This document shows positions 45,907 through 54,510 of a stretch of DNA of 64,000 nucleotides, in pieces. Location: the IMG/VR virus record IMGVR_UViG_3300001200_000001, positions 1-64,000 of that record; one strand, 5' to 3'. Under the pieces are notes generated by a model. The model made no database searches and was not told the DNA's origin. It saw nothing but the letters and a program-made list of their open reading frames with translations. The first letter of the stretch is position 1; each line of letters starts with the position of its first letter. The DNA is from a virus. The position numbers and the translations under genes are program-made.

Positions 45907-46158
45907 CTACTGCTGGAGATCTAAATATTTCTTTTTGCCTTTATTAGTTATAGAGTACAATTCTCCATCTCTCCAAGACCAATTTGAAGGTCGTTTTTCT
46001 TTTTTAAGCAATCCCGCTTTAATCATGTCTTGGCATTTTTGTTTCTCTCCAAAACCGATTCCCCAAGAAAACTTTCCTTTCATTGCAAAATAAAGAATTT
46101 GTTCGTGAGACATAATACCCTTACCATGTCGTCGAGTATGACCTGTTGTGAGTTTCAT
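45907..46158 (-). CDS. hypothetical small protein, possibly winged-helix DNA-binding
   Basis: Start moved to ATG 46158 (AAAGG SD), because the track ORF N-terminus is actually the tRNA-like element. The sequence MKLTTGHTRRHGKGIMSHEQILYFAMKGK...MIKAGLLKKEK...YSITNKGKKKY looks wHTH-like. Confidence 0.4.
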   Translation of the reverse strand: MKLTTGHTRRHGKGIMSHEQILYFAMKGKFSWGIGFGEKQKCQDMIKAGLLKKEKRPSNWSWRDGELYSITNKGKKKYLDLQQ

Positions 46159-46179
46159 GTTACTGCCTTTCATTGAGTG

Positions 46180-46250
46180 TCGATGAAGTGTAGGACTCGA
46201 ACCATACATCTTCATGTTATTGTGCTCTACCGTTGAGCTAGAATCATCGA
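46180..46250 (-). pseudogene. degenerate tRNA-like element
   Basis: Minus strand: perfect D arm TAGCTCAACGGTAGAGC; near-canonical T arm (GTATGG-TTCGAGT-CCTAC with one extra T); 7-bp terminal helix TCGATGA/TCATCGA shifted 3 nt from the canonical register; no foldable anticodon arm; no CCA. Confidence 0.5.
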
Positions 46251-46311
46251 CGATTGGGTTACGGAATATTCGTCGTACAACTCAGTATCTGACGGAATTA
46301 ACGTTCAGAAT

Positions 46312-46716
46312 TTAAATAGGTTTCATGGGATGCCAATCTAAAACACAATAAGGATAATAATCGTCTGTGTTAGCAGTACCAATACGCATCCAGATATGAC
46401 CAGTCTCAACATCAGTAAAGACTAAAACATCATTTACAGAGTTGTAGTCATCAGACATTCTAGTCACTAAAACTTTACGTTTGATAGGAGCTGCGCCTTT
46501 AATAAAAGAAGTATCGTCAGTTACTTCAAATGATTTCAAATAAGAACGATATCCATCACTTGGATCTTCAGTAGCGACAAAAACTTTACCATCTAAACCA
46601 AACGCAAAACGGTTAGAATCTTCGTAATAAGTATTTTCGTGAGTAATAACACTTTCAATTACAGCTGTATCGAGAACATGTTTTCCCAATATAGAATCAA
46701 AATCGACTTCATTCAT
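46312..46716 (-). CDS. hypothetical protein
   Basis: 134-aa ORF. Confidence 0.6.
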   Translation of the reverse strand: MNEVDFDSILGKHVLDTAVIESVITHENTYYEDSNRFAFGLDGKVFVATEDPSDGYRSYLKSFEVTDDTSFIKGAAPIKRKVLVTRMSDDYNSVNDVLVFTDVETGHIWMRIGTANTDDYYPYCVLDWHPMKPI

Positions 46717-46744
46717 TATCCTATTCCTCTTTTAATGGTGGAAT

Positions 46745-46768
46745 GGGGTTGATGAAAACATCAACCCC
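46745..46768 (-). terminator. 10-bp hairpin GGGGTTGATG-aaaa-CATCAACCCC (attenuator or terminator candidate)
   Basis: Perfect stem in the 72-nt intergenic gap. There is no clear U-tract on either strand. Confidence 0.35.
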
Positions 46769-46788
46769 GCTTCAGGAATGTTCTGCAA

Positions 46789-46980
46789 TTACTTAGTACC
46801 AGACCCAGAGTCTGGCGCCGGATAATCACGAGTGATAAACCACAAAATCCATAGTCCCGTGAAAACTATGAAAAATGGAGTTAAGAACGCAATGACAATG
46901 CCCAGAGCAATACCGGCCGTGACAATTGCAATTGCAAGAACACCAAAGAGAAACGATAGACCAATGGCCTTAGGTGTCAA
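46789..46980 (-). CDS. small membrane protein
   Basis: 63 aa with two hydrophobic helices (LSFLFGVLAIAIVTAGIALGIVIAFLTPFFIVFTGLWILWFI). Confidence 0.5.
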   Translation of the reverse strand: MTPKAIGLSFLFGVLAIAIVTAGIALGIVIAFLTPFFIVFTGLWILWFITRDYPAPDSGSGTK

Positions 46981-47887
46981 AGATCGATCCTTTCTTTACT
47001 TTTTTAGGAGCAGGCTCTTCGGCTGCTTCTTCACCACCGTCATTAGAGGATTCCTCTGGGTTGTCCTCGGAAGGGTTTTTTGACTCTTTACCCTCCCCTT
47101 CGGTTTTAGTGGTGGGTTCATCTTCGGACTTTGTGTCCGTAAAACCTGTTTCTGTTGGTTCACCAGTTCCTGCGTCATCCCCAGGAGTGCTGCTTGCACT
47201 AGTCTCTTCCACGGTATCATCGGAGACCTCCTTTGCTTTGTCAGCCTCCATTTGAGCCTTTGTGCGGCGATTTGTTTTTGGTTTCGCTTTGGCGGCCGGA
47301 GCTTCACCAACGGAAACCGTTGCACCATCAGCTGTCAGAGTAACATCTTCTGCTGAGGCTTCTTGACCTGTTTCTTCAGTCACCCAGGCTGCAATTGCGG
47401 CTTGGACATCTTCAGTGGACAGATTAGCTGTCATAGAGAGTTTCATTTCATCTTCCTTCGGATCAATGAGTTCAATTATTGTAACCATGCAGCGAGGATT
47501 GATTTTATCCACACAACCAACAGAAAAAGAGTTGAAAACAACATATTCATAGTTGTCATCGGTAAGTATTTTTTCATCCACTAAACAGTCCGAAAAGAAC
47601 TTATCAATCACTGAACCAGGATTCATGGTATCAAGACGCCGGCGAGTTTTAGGAAAAATCTCGTAGTGCAGCCATACCTTTCCCAATTTGGGAAGTTTGG
47701 ACAGAGGCTTCTTCATACGATCATGAAAAGCATTTTTCTGATTGTTTCGTTTGTAGTGGTGTTGATTACGATAGATATTGAGATTTATCGCTTCATAGGT
47801 ACGTTTGTTCACCTTTTCACGTAACGGAAGCTCGAGAATGAAAACACGCTCGAGCCCCGTTAGTTCAGGTGTTTTGACCGGCCCCAT
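46970..47887 (-). CDS. RusA-like resolvase domain protein with long acidic disordered tail
   Basis: 305 aa. N-terminal ~140 aa has RRRLDTMNPGSVIDKFFSDCLVDEKILTDDNYEYV, resembling the RusA pattern (R.D.DN..K...D.L......DD). The C-terminal half is E/D/T/P-rich and ends KKVKKGSIFDT. Confidence 0.45.
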   Translation of the reverse strand: MGPVKTPELTGLERVFILELPLREKVNKRTYEAINLNIYRNQHHYKRNNQKNAFHDRMKKPLSKLPKLGKVWLHYEIFPKTRRRLDTMNPGSVIDKFFSDCLVDEKILTDDNYEYVVFNSFSVGCVDKINPRCMVTIIELIDPKEDEMKLSMTANLSTEDVQAAIAAWVTEETGQEASAEDVTLTADGATVSVGEAPAAKAKPKTNRRTKAQMEADKAKEVSDDTVEETSASSTPGDDAGTGEPTETGFTDTKSEDEPTTKTEGEGKESKNPSEDNPEESSNDGGEEAAEEPAPKKVKKGSIFDT

Positions 47888-47892
47888 AGGGC

Positions 47893-48711
47893 TTAATCAA
47901 ACAGGCTGGTTTTCTTGGCAGATTTGCCTTCGTCACCACCTGAGGCTGAAGAACCTCCAAACGACTTACCACCAGAGGATTTACCTTTGGATTTGTCGTA
48001 TGTCTGGCCTTTGTTCTTCTCTAGCCATTTATCGGCGTAGTTCCCGTGTTCATCTTCCATCTGTTCGATGGCACGCAAGATGTTGCCGTTTTCGATTTCA
48101 TCATCGAAGTTGCCACCCAAGCCTTTGATGAATTCGGATACTTCAGAGATTGTAACCAGTTTGTCAGCTGCGAAGAATTTCACAACTTCATTCTGATCAC
48201 GGGTCTCACCAGTTGGTTCGTATTTGTCTGTGTTGTCATCTTTCTTGGTTTTATCAACCGTCTGACGCTGCAATGCAATGTTGACAGTTTCACCATGAAG
48301 TTCGACAAAACAATCAACTGCTTGTGGCAGTTCTTTTTTAGCATCGTAGTCATAGATTTTCACTGTGACTTCTTCAACATCCATGGCACCGACTTCTTTG
48401 CCGGCCACCAGCAAACAAAGAGATGTGACTTGGCTGTAACCTGGAAGGTTACGATCTTTGCCAGTTTTCTTATCTTTGTATGTGACATCGCCTTTGCCGT
48501 TGGTCATCCAGATCTGCTGGCGTACTTCTTTGCCATTAATATCCAGGATGAGGTTCATTGCACGAGCATCTGAAGAACCAGATTTGCTGAGGTACGCTGT
48601 TTTGATTGTGGCTGTATAAAGGTCAGTATCCAGAACACCACCGCCACCGAGGAAATCCTCTTCGACTTTGTCTTCTGATACGCCTTTTTTACCTGCGAAA
48701 ATATTGGACAT
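47893..48711 (-). CDS. single-stranded DNA-binding protein (N4 gp45-like)
   Basis: 272 aa (N4 SSB is about 265 aa). It sits at the distal end of the replication operon next to the gp44/gp43 homologues. G/S-rich linker and tail ...GKSAKKTSLFD. Confidence 0.55.
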   Translation of the reverse strand: MSNIFAGKKGVSEDKVEEDFLGGGGVLDTDLYTATIKTAYLSKSGSSDARAMNLILDINGKEVRQQIWMTNGKGDVTYKDKKTGKDRNLPGYSQVTSLCLLVAGKEVGAMDVEEVTVKIYDYDAKKELPQAVDCFVELHGETVNIALQRQTVDKTKKDDNTDKYEPTGETRDQNEVVKFFAADKLVTISEVSEFIKGLGGNFDDEIENGNILRAIEQMEDEHGNYADKWLEKNKGQTYDKSKGKSSGGKSFGGSSASGGDEGKSAKKTSLFD

Positions 48712-48760
48712 GATAGTCCCTTTCTTAGTTAGGTTTGGTTTTCGTGTGTTTGGTGAAGAA

Positions 48761-49525
48761 CTACTCTGCGTAGTATTTCACAAGTTGATCAATGACGAGC
48801 TGTGCATCGTTGTCGATATACGTGTCCTCATCCTTGAACAAACCCAAAGGAGAACGTATCCGATCACCTACGGTTTGTTTTGTGGTCAAAGTCTGGAATA
48901 CGTGTTTGAAACCAAGAGTTTTTTCACGTTCTGTGATGGTCAACAATTCACTGTCGTATTTTTCCAGTTCTTTGATTTTTACCTTCCGAGCGTTGATCAC
49001 AGTGGTGAAATAAGCCTCAAGGCCGTTACGTTTCAAAGCACCTTTAACAGGTACTGTGATCGTTTTTTCAGCAGTGTTTTCATCGATCTGGACATCTAAG
49101 TGACCCAGGAAGATGACATATGCAGGACACTTCGCCACGTACTCATTCATGAGAGTGCGGAAGAAGTTACCATAGTTCGCCCAGCCTTTCATTGTATCGG
49201 CAGCACCGATAATATGAACAGCTTCAAAACGTTCCATCATGAAAGAAACAGTATCAATCACAATTGTGTGGAAACGGCCTGAAGTGTCAGCTGTGACTTG
49301 ATCAAACAGATCAAAGATTTCGTAAGGATCATCGATTGTTACACGTTTGAATTTATTTTTGAATGGAAGTGGTTTACCACTATCACAGTTCAAATAGAGC
49401 ACGCCTTCTTGACCACGCATGTTCATCAGAGAGGTTGATTTACCTACCCCAGATTCACCACTAATCAGAAGGCTTTTTGGATGTTCGTTCGACATTCGTT
49501 TTCCTTTGGTTTTGGCTGTTAGCAA
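48761..49525 (-). CDS. P-loop NTPase (N4 gp44-like replication protein)
   Basis: 254 aa. Walker A GESGVGKST and Walker B-like HTIVIDTVS. Confidence 0.7.
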   Translation of the reverse strand: MLTAKTKGKRMSNEHPKSLLISGESGVGKSTSLMNMRGQEGVLYLNCDSGKPLPFKNKFKRVTIDDPYEIFDLFDQVTADTSGRFHTIVIDTVSFMMERFEAVHIIGAADTMKGWANYGNFFRTLMNEYVAKCPAYVIFLGHLDVQIDENTAEKTITVPVKGALKRNGLEAYFTTVINARKVKIKELEKYDSELLTITEREKTLGFKHVFQTLTTKQTVGDRIRSPLGLFKDEDTYIDNDAQLVIDQLVKYYAE

Positions 49526-49618
49526 ATCGGAGAGCTGCCCGGACTAAAAGAATTTCATCCCGAGTTAACTCACCGAAGTGCAGTAACAGTTGTTGTGTTG
49601 GCATTTCAGGATCAACCA

Positions 49619-51805
49619 TTATGCCTCCATTTTTTGAGCGACCGATTTCAATACCGTGGTCTCTACCTCATCCTTTTTCAGAGGAGACATTGACCGCTCA
49701 TTGAGATCATGGACTTTGCTGGATAGCTCGTCATACGCCACTCCTGCATCCTTCAGCATCATTGCAAAATTTAACAGGTTGTTGTTTCTATTTCCAATAT
49801 CCATATGGTTCAAGAACCAACGTTCTAAATTATCCAAACGTCCCAGATCTGCCACGGATTTCGTGTACTCACTGTTTTGTTTGGTTTTAGGAATGAATGG
49901 TAGAACATCCACTACTTGTGTGCCGCGGTGGACTTTGACGATCGAGTTTTCATTTGTCATCCATTTTTTAGATCGCTGATTTGCGGATTTATCGGATTCG
50001 AATGGAAGCCAAAGAAGAAAGCTATCCATGAATTCTCTGTAGTCAGGTTTATCCAATTGCAACACGTAGTTGGTTGGCATAATCAGACGGAATCGATTTT
50101 CCTCATCCGTATGACGTTTTGTCGTTGATGTGATGTAGGTGTAATCTTTCAAAAGCTCATGACAAGCATTCAATGAAATACCACCATCAACATCCACAAC
50201 CAGCATATTAAAGCCTTCAATCACATTGTCTTCAGAACGATGCTCTTTATCGAATCGGTGATTTGACCAGTGAAAATCTGGTGCAGCCAATAGTTTTGGG
50301 AGATCGTCCAGAGACTTAGCTTCTGGAGTGTAATCCGATGCAAAGTGATCTGAGAAACTGAATGTAAGCTTTTCCATGTCTGTCTCTTGAAGTGTTGAGC
50401 CAGAGAAGAATTCTACTGACTGTACCACTTTCTTTTTGATAACAACGTGGTTGCCTACACCCCATGCCATTGCCAAATCCATAATCTCCCGACGAGGAGT
50501 TGTAGAGGATGGATAATATGGCAAGTCTTCAACCAAATCAGCATGCGTCAAATCTCCAGGAGATTCAGCGATGTATTTGGCTAAACGAACAAAGTTACGT
50601 TCACGTTTCAGAAGTGTCTGAAAGCTTCCGCCACTCTCTTCTGTCATTTTGATAGCCTGGTGAAGGTTCTCCATTGTGATATCTTGGTTTTCATCCAAGA
50701 ATGCATATACACCGGCTAATTTTAATGCTTTGAAATACCGGTGGCTAATTTCTGCTTTACGAATAACTTCGTGTTCAGGCATATCATTTGCCAATTTTTC
50801 ACAGAACAGACGGTAAGAGATAAGTTCAACACCTACATCTTTTGGAACATCCAATTTCTGATTATAGTATTTCATATCTGCAAACTTGCGTAGACGATTT
50901 TTCCACATTTGCAGAGCTTGAGAGCGATTCTTCGACACCAGTCCGTTATACACGTCCTCAGGATCAACCGTGGCATTCATTACGAATGGTTTACCGATGC
51001 CGAAGAAACAACGTCGAGCATAGCCTGTTTCTAGGAAACTAAAGAACTCTTCCTCAGTCTTGCTACCATCAAAGAGTTTTGATGTTGTACCGAACATCAG
51101 GATGTTTGCCGGCGTATCACCAACAATATCCATCCCACGTTCGTTATCTTGGGTGTTCTTTACCAGTTTGGTTTTGATACGACCAAGATCGTACAGTTCG
51201 AGTAATACATTTAAGACTTCATTGTTACTGACCAGGTTGGAACCAATCTCATCCATTTGGAAGTTGATTGCCCCAGCACGAGCCAGGAGAAGCTTGTAGC
51301 GTAGCTGTTTGACAGCTGGGCCAGTACCGGAGTCAAAGATGAAAGGAGCGTGTCCTTGACGCTTAAAATCAGCAATCAGTTGACGTTCTTCTTCATCTTC
51401 ATCACCGCCTTTAGCAGCTGCAATGTCCACAGCCATGTCGAAGAGAGACTTCTCTGCAATTGTATTGAAAACACTGTGAGTAAATTCTTCACGAAAATCA
51501 GAGATGACATCTTCCATTAGGCTGACAGAGTGACCCTTGCCAAAGCCAGATGTGGCTAAGGCAATGGAGTAAATGTTAATCGGGAGAGTGCCCCGTTCTG
51601 GGCTGATAATTTGAGCTCTCAGGCTGCTCGGAATCAGACCCAGAAAATATGCCACTTCAGCTTGAAAGAATTCACGATTAACATTCCCTGTACGGTGACA
51701 GAGAATGTCTGTGAGCTCACTCATAGCGGCATGGTGTGGTGTATTTTCCACAACACTGAGATCAAATGTATTAGACATCGGGGAAGTATTCCTTTCGTTG
51801 TTCAC
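49619..51805 (-). CDS. DNA primase / replication initiation protein (N4 gp43-like) with C-terminal AEP-like domain
   Basis: 728 aa. P-loop-like SGFGKGHS. The C-terminal FNMLVVDVDGG ... RFRLIMP resembles the archaeo-eukaryotic primase DxD and h-h-P motifs. Confidence 0.6.
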   Translation of the reverse strand: MNNERNTSPMSNTFDLSVVENTPHHAAMSELTDILCHRTGNVNREFFQAEVAYFLGLIPSSLRAQIISPERGTLPINIYSIALATSGFGKGHSVSLMEDVISDFREEFTHSVFNTIAEKSLFDMAVDIAAAKGGDEDEEERQLIADFKRQGHAPFIFDSGTGPAVKQLRYKLLLARAGAINFQMDEIGSNLVSNNEVLNVLLELYDLGRIKTKLVKNTQDNERGMDIVGDTPANILMFGTTSKLFDGSKTEEEFFSFLETGYARRCFFGIGKPFVMNATVDPEDVYNGLVSKNRSQALQMWKNRLRKFADMKYYNQKLDVPKDVGVELISYRLFCEKLANDMPEHEVIRKAEISHRYFKALKLAGVYAFLDENQDITMENLHQAIKMTEESGGSFQTLLKRERNFVRLAKYIAESPGDLTHADLVEDLPYYPSSTTPRREIMDLAMAWGVGNHVVIKKKVVQSVEFFSGSTLQETDMEKLTFSFSDHFASDYTPEAKSLDDLPKLLAAPDFHWSNHRFDKEHRSEDNVIEGFNMLVVDVDGGISLNACHELLKDYTYITSTTKRHTDEENRFRLIMPTNYVLQLDKPDYREFMDSFLLWLPFESDKSANQRSKKWMTNENSIVKVHRGTQVVDVLPFIPKTKQNSEYTKSVADLGRLDNLERWFLNHMDIGNRNNNLLNFAMMLKDAGVAYDELSSKVHDLNERSMSPLKKDEVETTVLKSVAQKMEA

Positions 51806-51822
51806 AAACCGAAAAAGCAGTG

Positions 51823-52332
51823 TCAGATGAGACCCATGCTTTTGTTTGTTTTGGCGAATTTTCCATGTATTTTGATAGCCATCTTGTCATAAGCTTTGGC
51901 TGCAAATTCAGAAGAAGTAAATACACCTAAGTTCATGTTCTTTTTTAAAACAGGATCCCAGATACGAGCTCTCCATTGAGAATTGTGTTTCGAAACCCCT
52001 TTTAATTTACTTGTTGAATCCGAGCGTACAACACGAGAACAACAGTTTTCTTGATGAGAAGATTCTCTTAAATTTACTATTCGATCGTCATCACGAATAC
52101 CGTTAATATGATCAATAGTTTGAGCCGGCCAAATTCCATGAGTTAGAAACCAAGCCACATGTGAAGCTTGGTAGATTTTGTTTTGAAACTTAATTTGTCG
52201 ATAACCATCTAAGTTTATAGAACCAGCAACCGAAGCCGCTGGTATTTTTGGAGTTGGAGATTTGATCCATTCAATCTTTCCTGATGATGGATCATAAGAG
52301 AGATATTGTTTAAACTGGTTTAGCGTCGTCAT
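51823..52332 (-). mobile_element. free-standing HNH endonuclease with AP2 DNA-binding domain (homing endonuclease)
   Basis: 169 aa. HNH_3-type DHINGIRDDDRIVNLRESSHQEN, followed by the AP2-like GVSKHNSQWRARIWDPVLKKNMNLGVFTSSEFAAKAYDKMAIKIHG. Confidence 0.8.
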
Positions 52333-53311
52333 GGAAATATTCCTTTCTTTGGGAACATATAGACCATACAGGACAGTATGTACATGCCTTGACTTGTCCG
52401 GGTTCTCTCACAATAACCCCTTTGGCTTTTTCCTTTATATGAAGTTGGGCATCTACATCAGAATCAAACCGTTTTGTACAACGGCCGCCTTTCTTAGCAG
52501 TCTCAGGGTTGGAGTAGTATTTAAAAGAATCCGCCTGGCGCCACAGCTCTTTGTCTGTACAGCGTACCATTTGGTCTTGTGATCGACCTGCATTCTTACG
52601 AATATTGGCCAGTTTGTCGTGAATCCACTCTTCAGTCTCTTTAATAGACATCAAAGGATATTCTTTGTGGGTCACACGAGTTTGAGGGTATTTAGGATCA
52701 GCTTTAGCACGATACTTTGCCCAATCAGTAAAGATGAATTCGATACGCATTGTATCGTCTTTAATGAGTTCAGGCATAATCCACCGGTACATTGAACCTT
52801 GAAGGATATAATCCTGGTCTTTGCTCCCACTGGTATAAGAGTAGGTCGATGTGGACTTGAAGTCCCGATAAGCTTGGCCAATCAAAAAGTCTAGCTGTCC
52901 TGTGATGACAACATCTTCAAATTCTTTGAAGCCACGCTTTTCCAAATAAATTGGAATATCATCATCTTTCAGAGTTTTTGGATCAGGATTGATCTTAATG
53001 CGATCGATGATCTTCTGAGGATAGTGTAATTGACGCATAGCTTTTTGCCAATTACCTTCTGTCCAAGCCCGTTCGATAGAATCGTGAAGACCATGTCCCA
53101 TACGAGCAGCAACCATTTCGGATACATCCATAGTTTCAGCTGCCATGTCGACTTTACGTTTTAAGATCAACTGTCGTGTTGGTTTCATGAGAGTTGTGAC
53201 CGAGATTAACTCACCTGGAGGAGCTTCAGAAGCACCTGAGTTGTAGCCGTCTTGAAGAAGCCAAACAGCAAGAGGTAAGTCAATTTTATGGTCATTGGTA
53301 ATTTTTACCAT
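52310..53311 (-). CDS. PD-(D/E)XK nuclease with C-terminal Cys cluster (Cas4/RecB-like exonuclease; N4 gp42 position)
   Basis: 333 aa. GQLDFLIGQAYRDFKS is a D...(D/E)xK core. The C-terminus carries C..(n)..C-TYC-PVWSIC cysteines. Confidence 0.6.
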   Translation of the reverse strand: MVKITNDHKIDLPLAVWLLQDGYNSGASEAPPGELISVTTLMKPTRQLILKRKVDMAAETMDVSEMVAARMGHGLHDSIERAWTEGNWQKAMRQLHYPQKIIDRIKINPDPKTLKDDDIPIYLEKRGFKEFEDVVITGQLDFLIGQAYRDFKSTSTYSYTSGSKDQDYILQGSMYRWIMPELIKDDTMRIEFIFTDWAKYRAKADPKYPQTRVTHKEYPLMSIKETEEWIHDKLANIRKNAGRSQDQMVRCTDKELWRQADSFKYYSNPETAKKGGRCTKRFDSDVDAQLHIKEKAKGVIVREPGQVKACTYCPVWSICSQRKEYFHDDAKPV

Positions 53312-53385
53312 GATACGGTCCTTTCGTAGGATATTGTTCTAAGAATATCCTTATTTGTGGTAGAATATTCTACAAACCAAGGAAA

Positions 53386-54132
53386 TTAGGAATCTAATTC
53401 TTCGAGATGTTTCAGGATCAAATCTTTTACGATTGTCTCATCAGCATCGTTTGGGATATCAAATCCATGGTTCCAATCAGGATGGAATATTTCCAATTTA
53501 CCTGACATGTCGATGTGTTCATTCTGGATTAAAGGATCTTCTTGCCAACGAACAGCTTGTGACAAGTGTTTGTTTACATACAATAATGTTCGCATATCAT
53601 CTTTAATCAGATAATATTGAGCATCATGGATATGAGCACATGGTTTCACATTCAATCGATGAGGGCTTTTACGAACTTTACCCATAAATTCTGAAGCTGC
53701 TCGGTTATTCAACATACACCAGGATTGTCCTAATGCATTGCCGGCAGTTCGTCCTTCAGAAGCTGCTTCATGAGGTGTTTTGCTTGTTCCCAGAATAACT
53801 TGTTTCAGCAATGGAGTGCGAAGACGCAATCCAAATGCAATAACCACATAGCCCAGTTTAGAAGCTTCTTCGATTCGAGCCTGACTCCATTCATCTGAAA
53901 CTTTATATAGCTCATGGTAGTTGGCTTCGATCGATTTAGCCACCTCTTCACTCAAACCAACGTTTTTCATTAATGTCACATACGTGCCATCATAAGTAAG
54001 AGCAAAAGTAGGAACCTTACTGTCTTGACGTAGGCTTTTGTAGAGTTTGGAAATGGAGTTCACCCTCACAACATTATGCTGTGAGGGTTTCACTTCTTTT
54101 ACTGATGTGATTTCATCATCAATGACCAGCAT
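53386..54132 (-). CDS. DNA polymerase I family, C-terminal fragment (motifs B and C)
   Basis: LRQDSKVPTFALTYDGTY matches motif B (R..aK...F...YG). CAHIHDAQYY matches motif C (HDE). The track ORF begins at TTG 54273, but that extension overlaps a better small ORF. ATG 54132 (MLVIDDEITSV...) is the first plausible start, though the exact start remains uncertain. Confidence 0.8.
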   Translation of the reverse strand: MLVIDDEITSVKEVKPSQHNVVRVNSISKLYKSLRQDSKVPTFALTYDGTYVTLMKNVGLSEEVAKSIEANYHELYKVSDEWSQARIEEASKLGYVVIAFGLRLRTPLLKQVILGTSKTPHEAASEGRTAGNALGQSWCMLNNRAASEFMGKVRKSPHRLNVKPCAHIHDAQYYLIKDDMRTLLYVNKHLSQAVRWQEDPLIQNEHIDMSGKLEIFHPDWNHGFDIPNDADETIVKDLILKHLEELDS

Positions 54133-54280
54133 GGAACGTGACCCCATTGATAGCTGATTCCCGTTGCCAATCAGGAGCATTATCCCAAGATGGTTGAGAG
54201 TTGTCTCCATTTTCTGCACACCAAACACGATTAGCTTCATGAGCGATTCGTGCTGTTGCTGTGATAATATCAATATCCAT
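54119..54280 (-). CDS. small ORF (53 aa), AHEANR-motif family, apparently truncated
   Basis: Below the track cutoff. Manual translation gives MDIDIITATARIAHEANRVWCAENGDNSQPSWDNAPDWQRESAINGVTFHAGH. AGAGG SD 8 nt upstream, and the ORF starts 2 nt after the previous stop. Confidence 0.5.
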   Translation of the reverse strand: MDIDIITATARIAHEANRVWCAENGDNSQPSWDNAPDWQRESAINGVTFHAGH

Positions 54281-54282
54281 TG

Positions 54283-54501
54283 TTATACCTCTGTCTGATC
54301 ATCAGCACGTAGATCAGCCTTCACTTGATGGTACAGAATCAGATCTGTATTTAAAATTGTCAGACCTTCATCTGACCATAGACGCAGCCAAGACCCTGAA
54401 GGATCAAAAGCAGTGACATTGTGCAGATCTAAACGTTGACCATCTCGAAATACAATTTGCCGGCGCTTTTCCTGGACTTTTACTTGTTGAGATTTTGCCA
54501 T
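54283..54501 (-). CDS. hypothetical protein inside the polymerase split
   Basis: 72-aa ORF with its own TAAGGA SD. It starts 9 nt after the polymerase N-fragment stop. Confidence 0.6.
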   Translation of the reverse strand: MAKSQQVKVQEKRRQIVFRDGQRLDLHNVTAFDPSGSWLRLWSDEGLTILNTDLILYHQVKADLRADDQTEV

Positions 54502-54510
54502 GTGGTTTCC

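Noticed and set aside
45683-46093. 136-aa plus-strand ORF across the structured region.
   Set aside because: It has a non-ATG start and no SD, it is antisense to an SD-bearing minus-strand ORF, and it runs through the hairpin-dense non-coding region. It is most likely a chance open frame.
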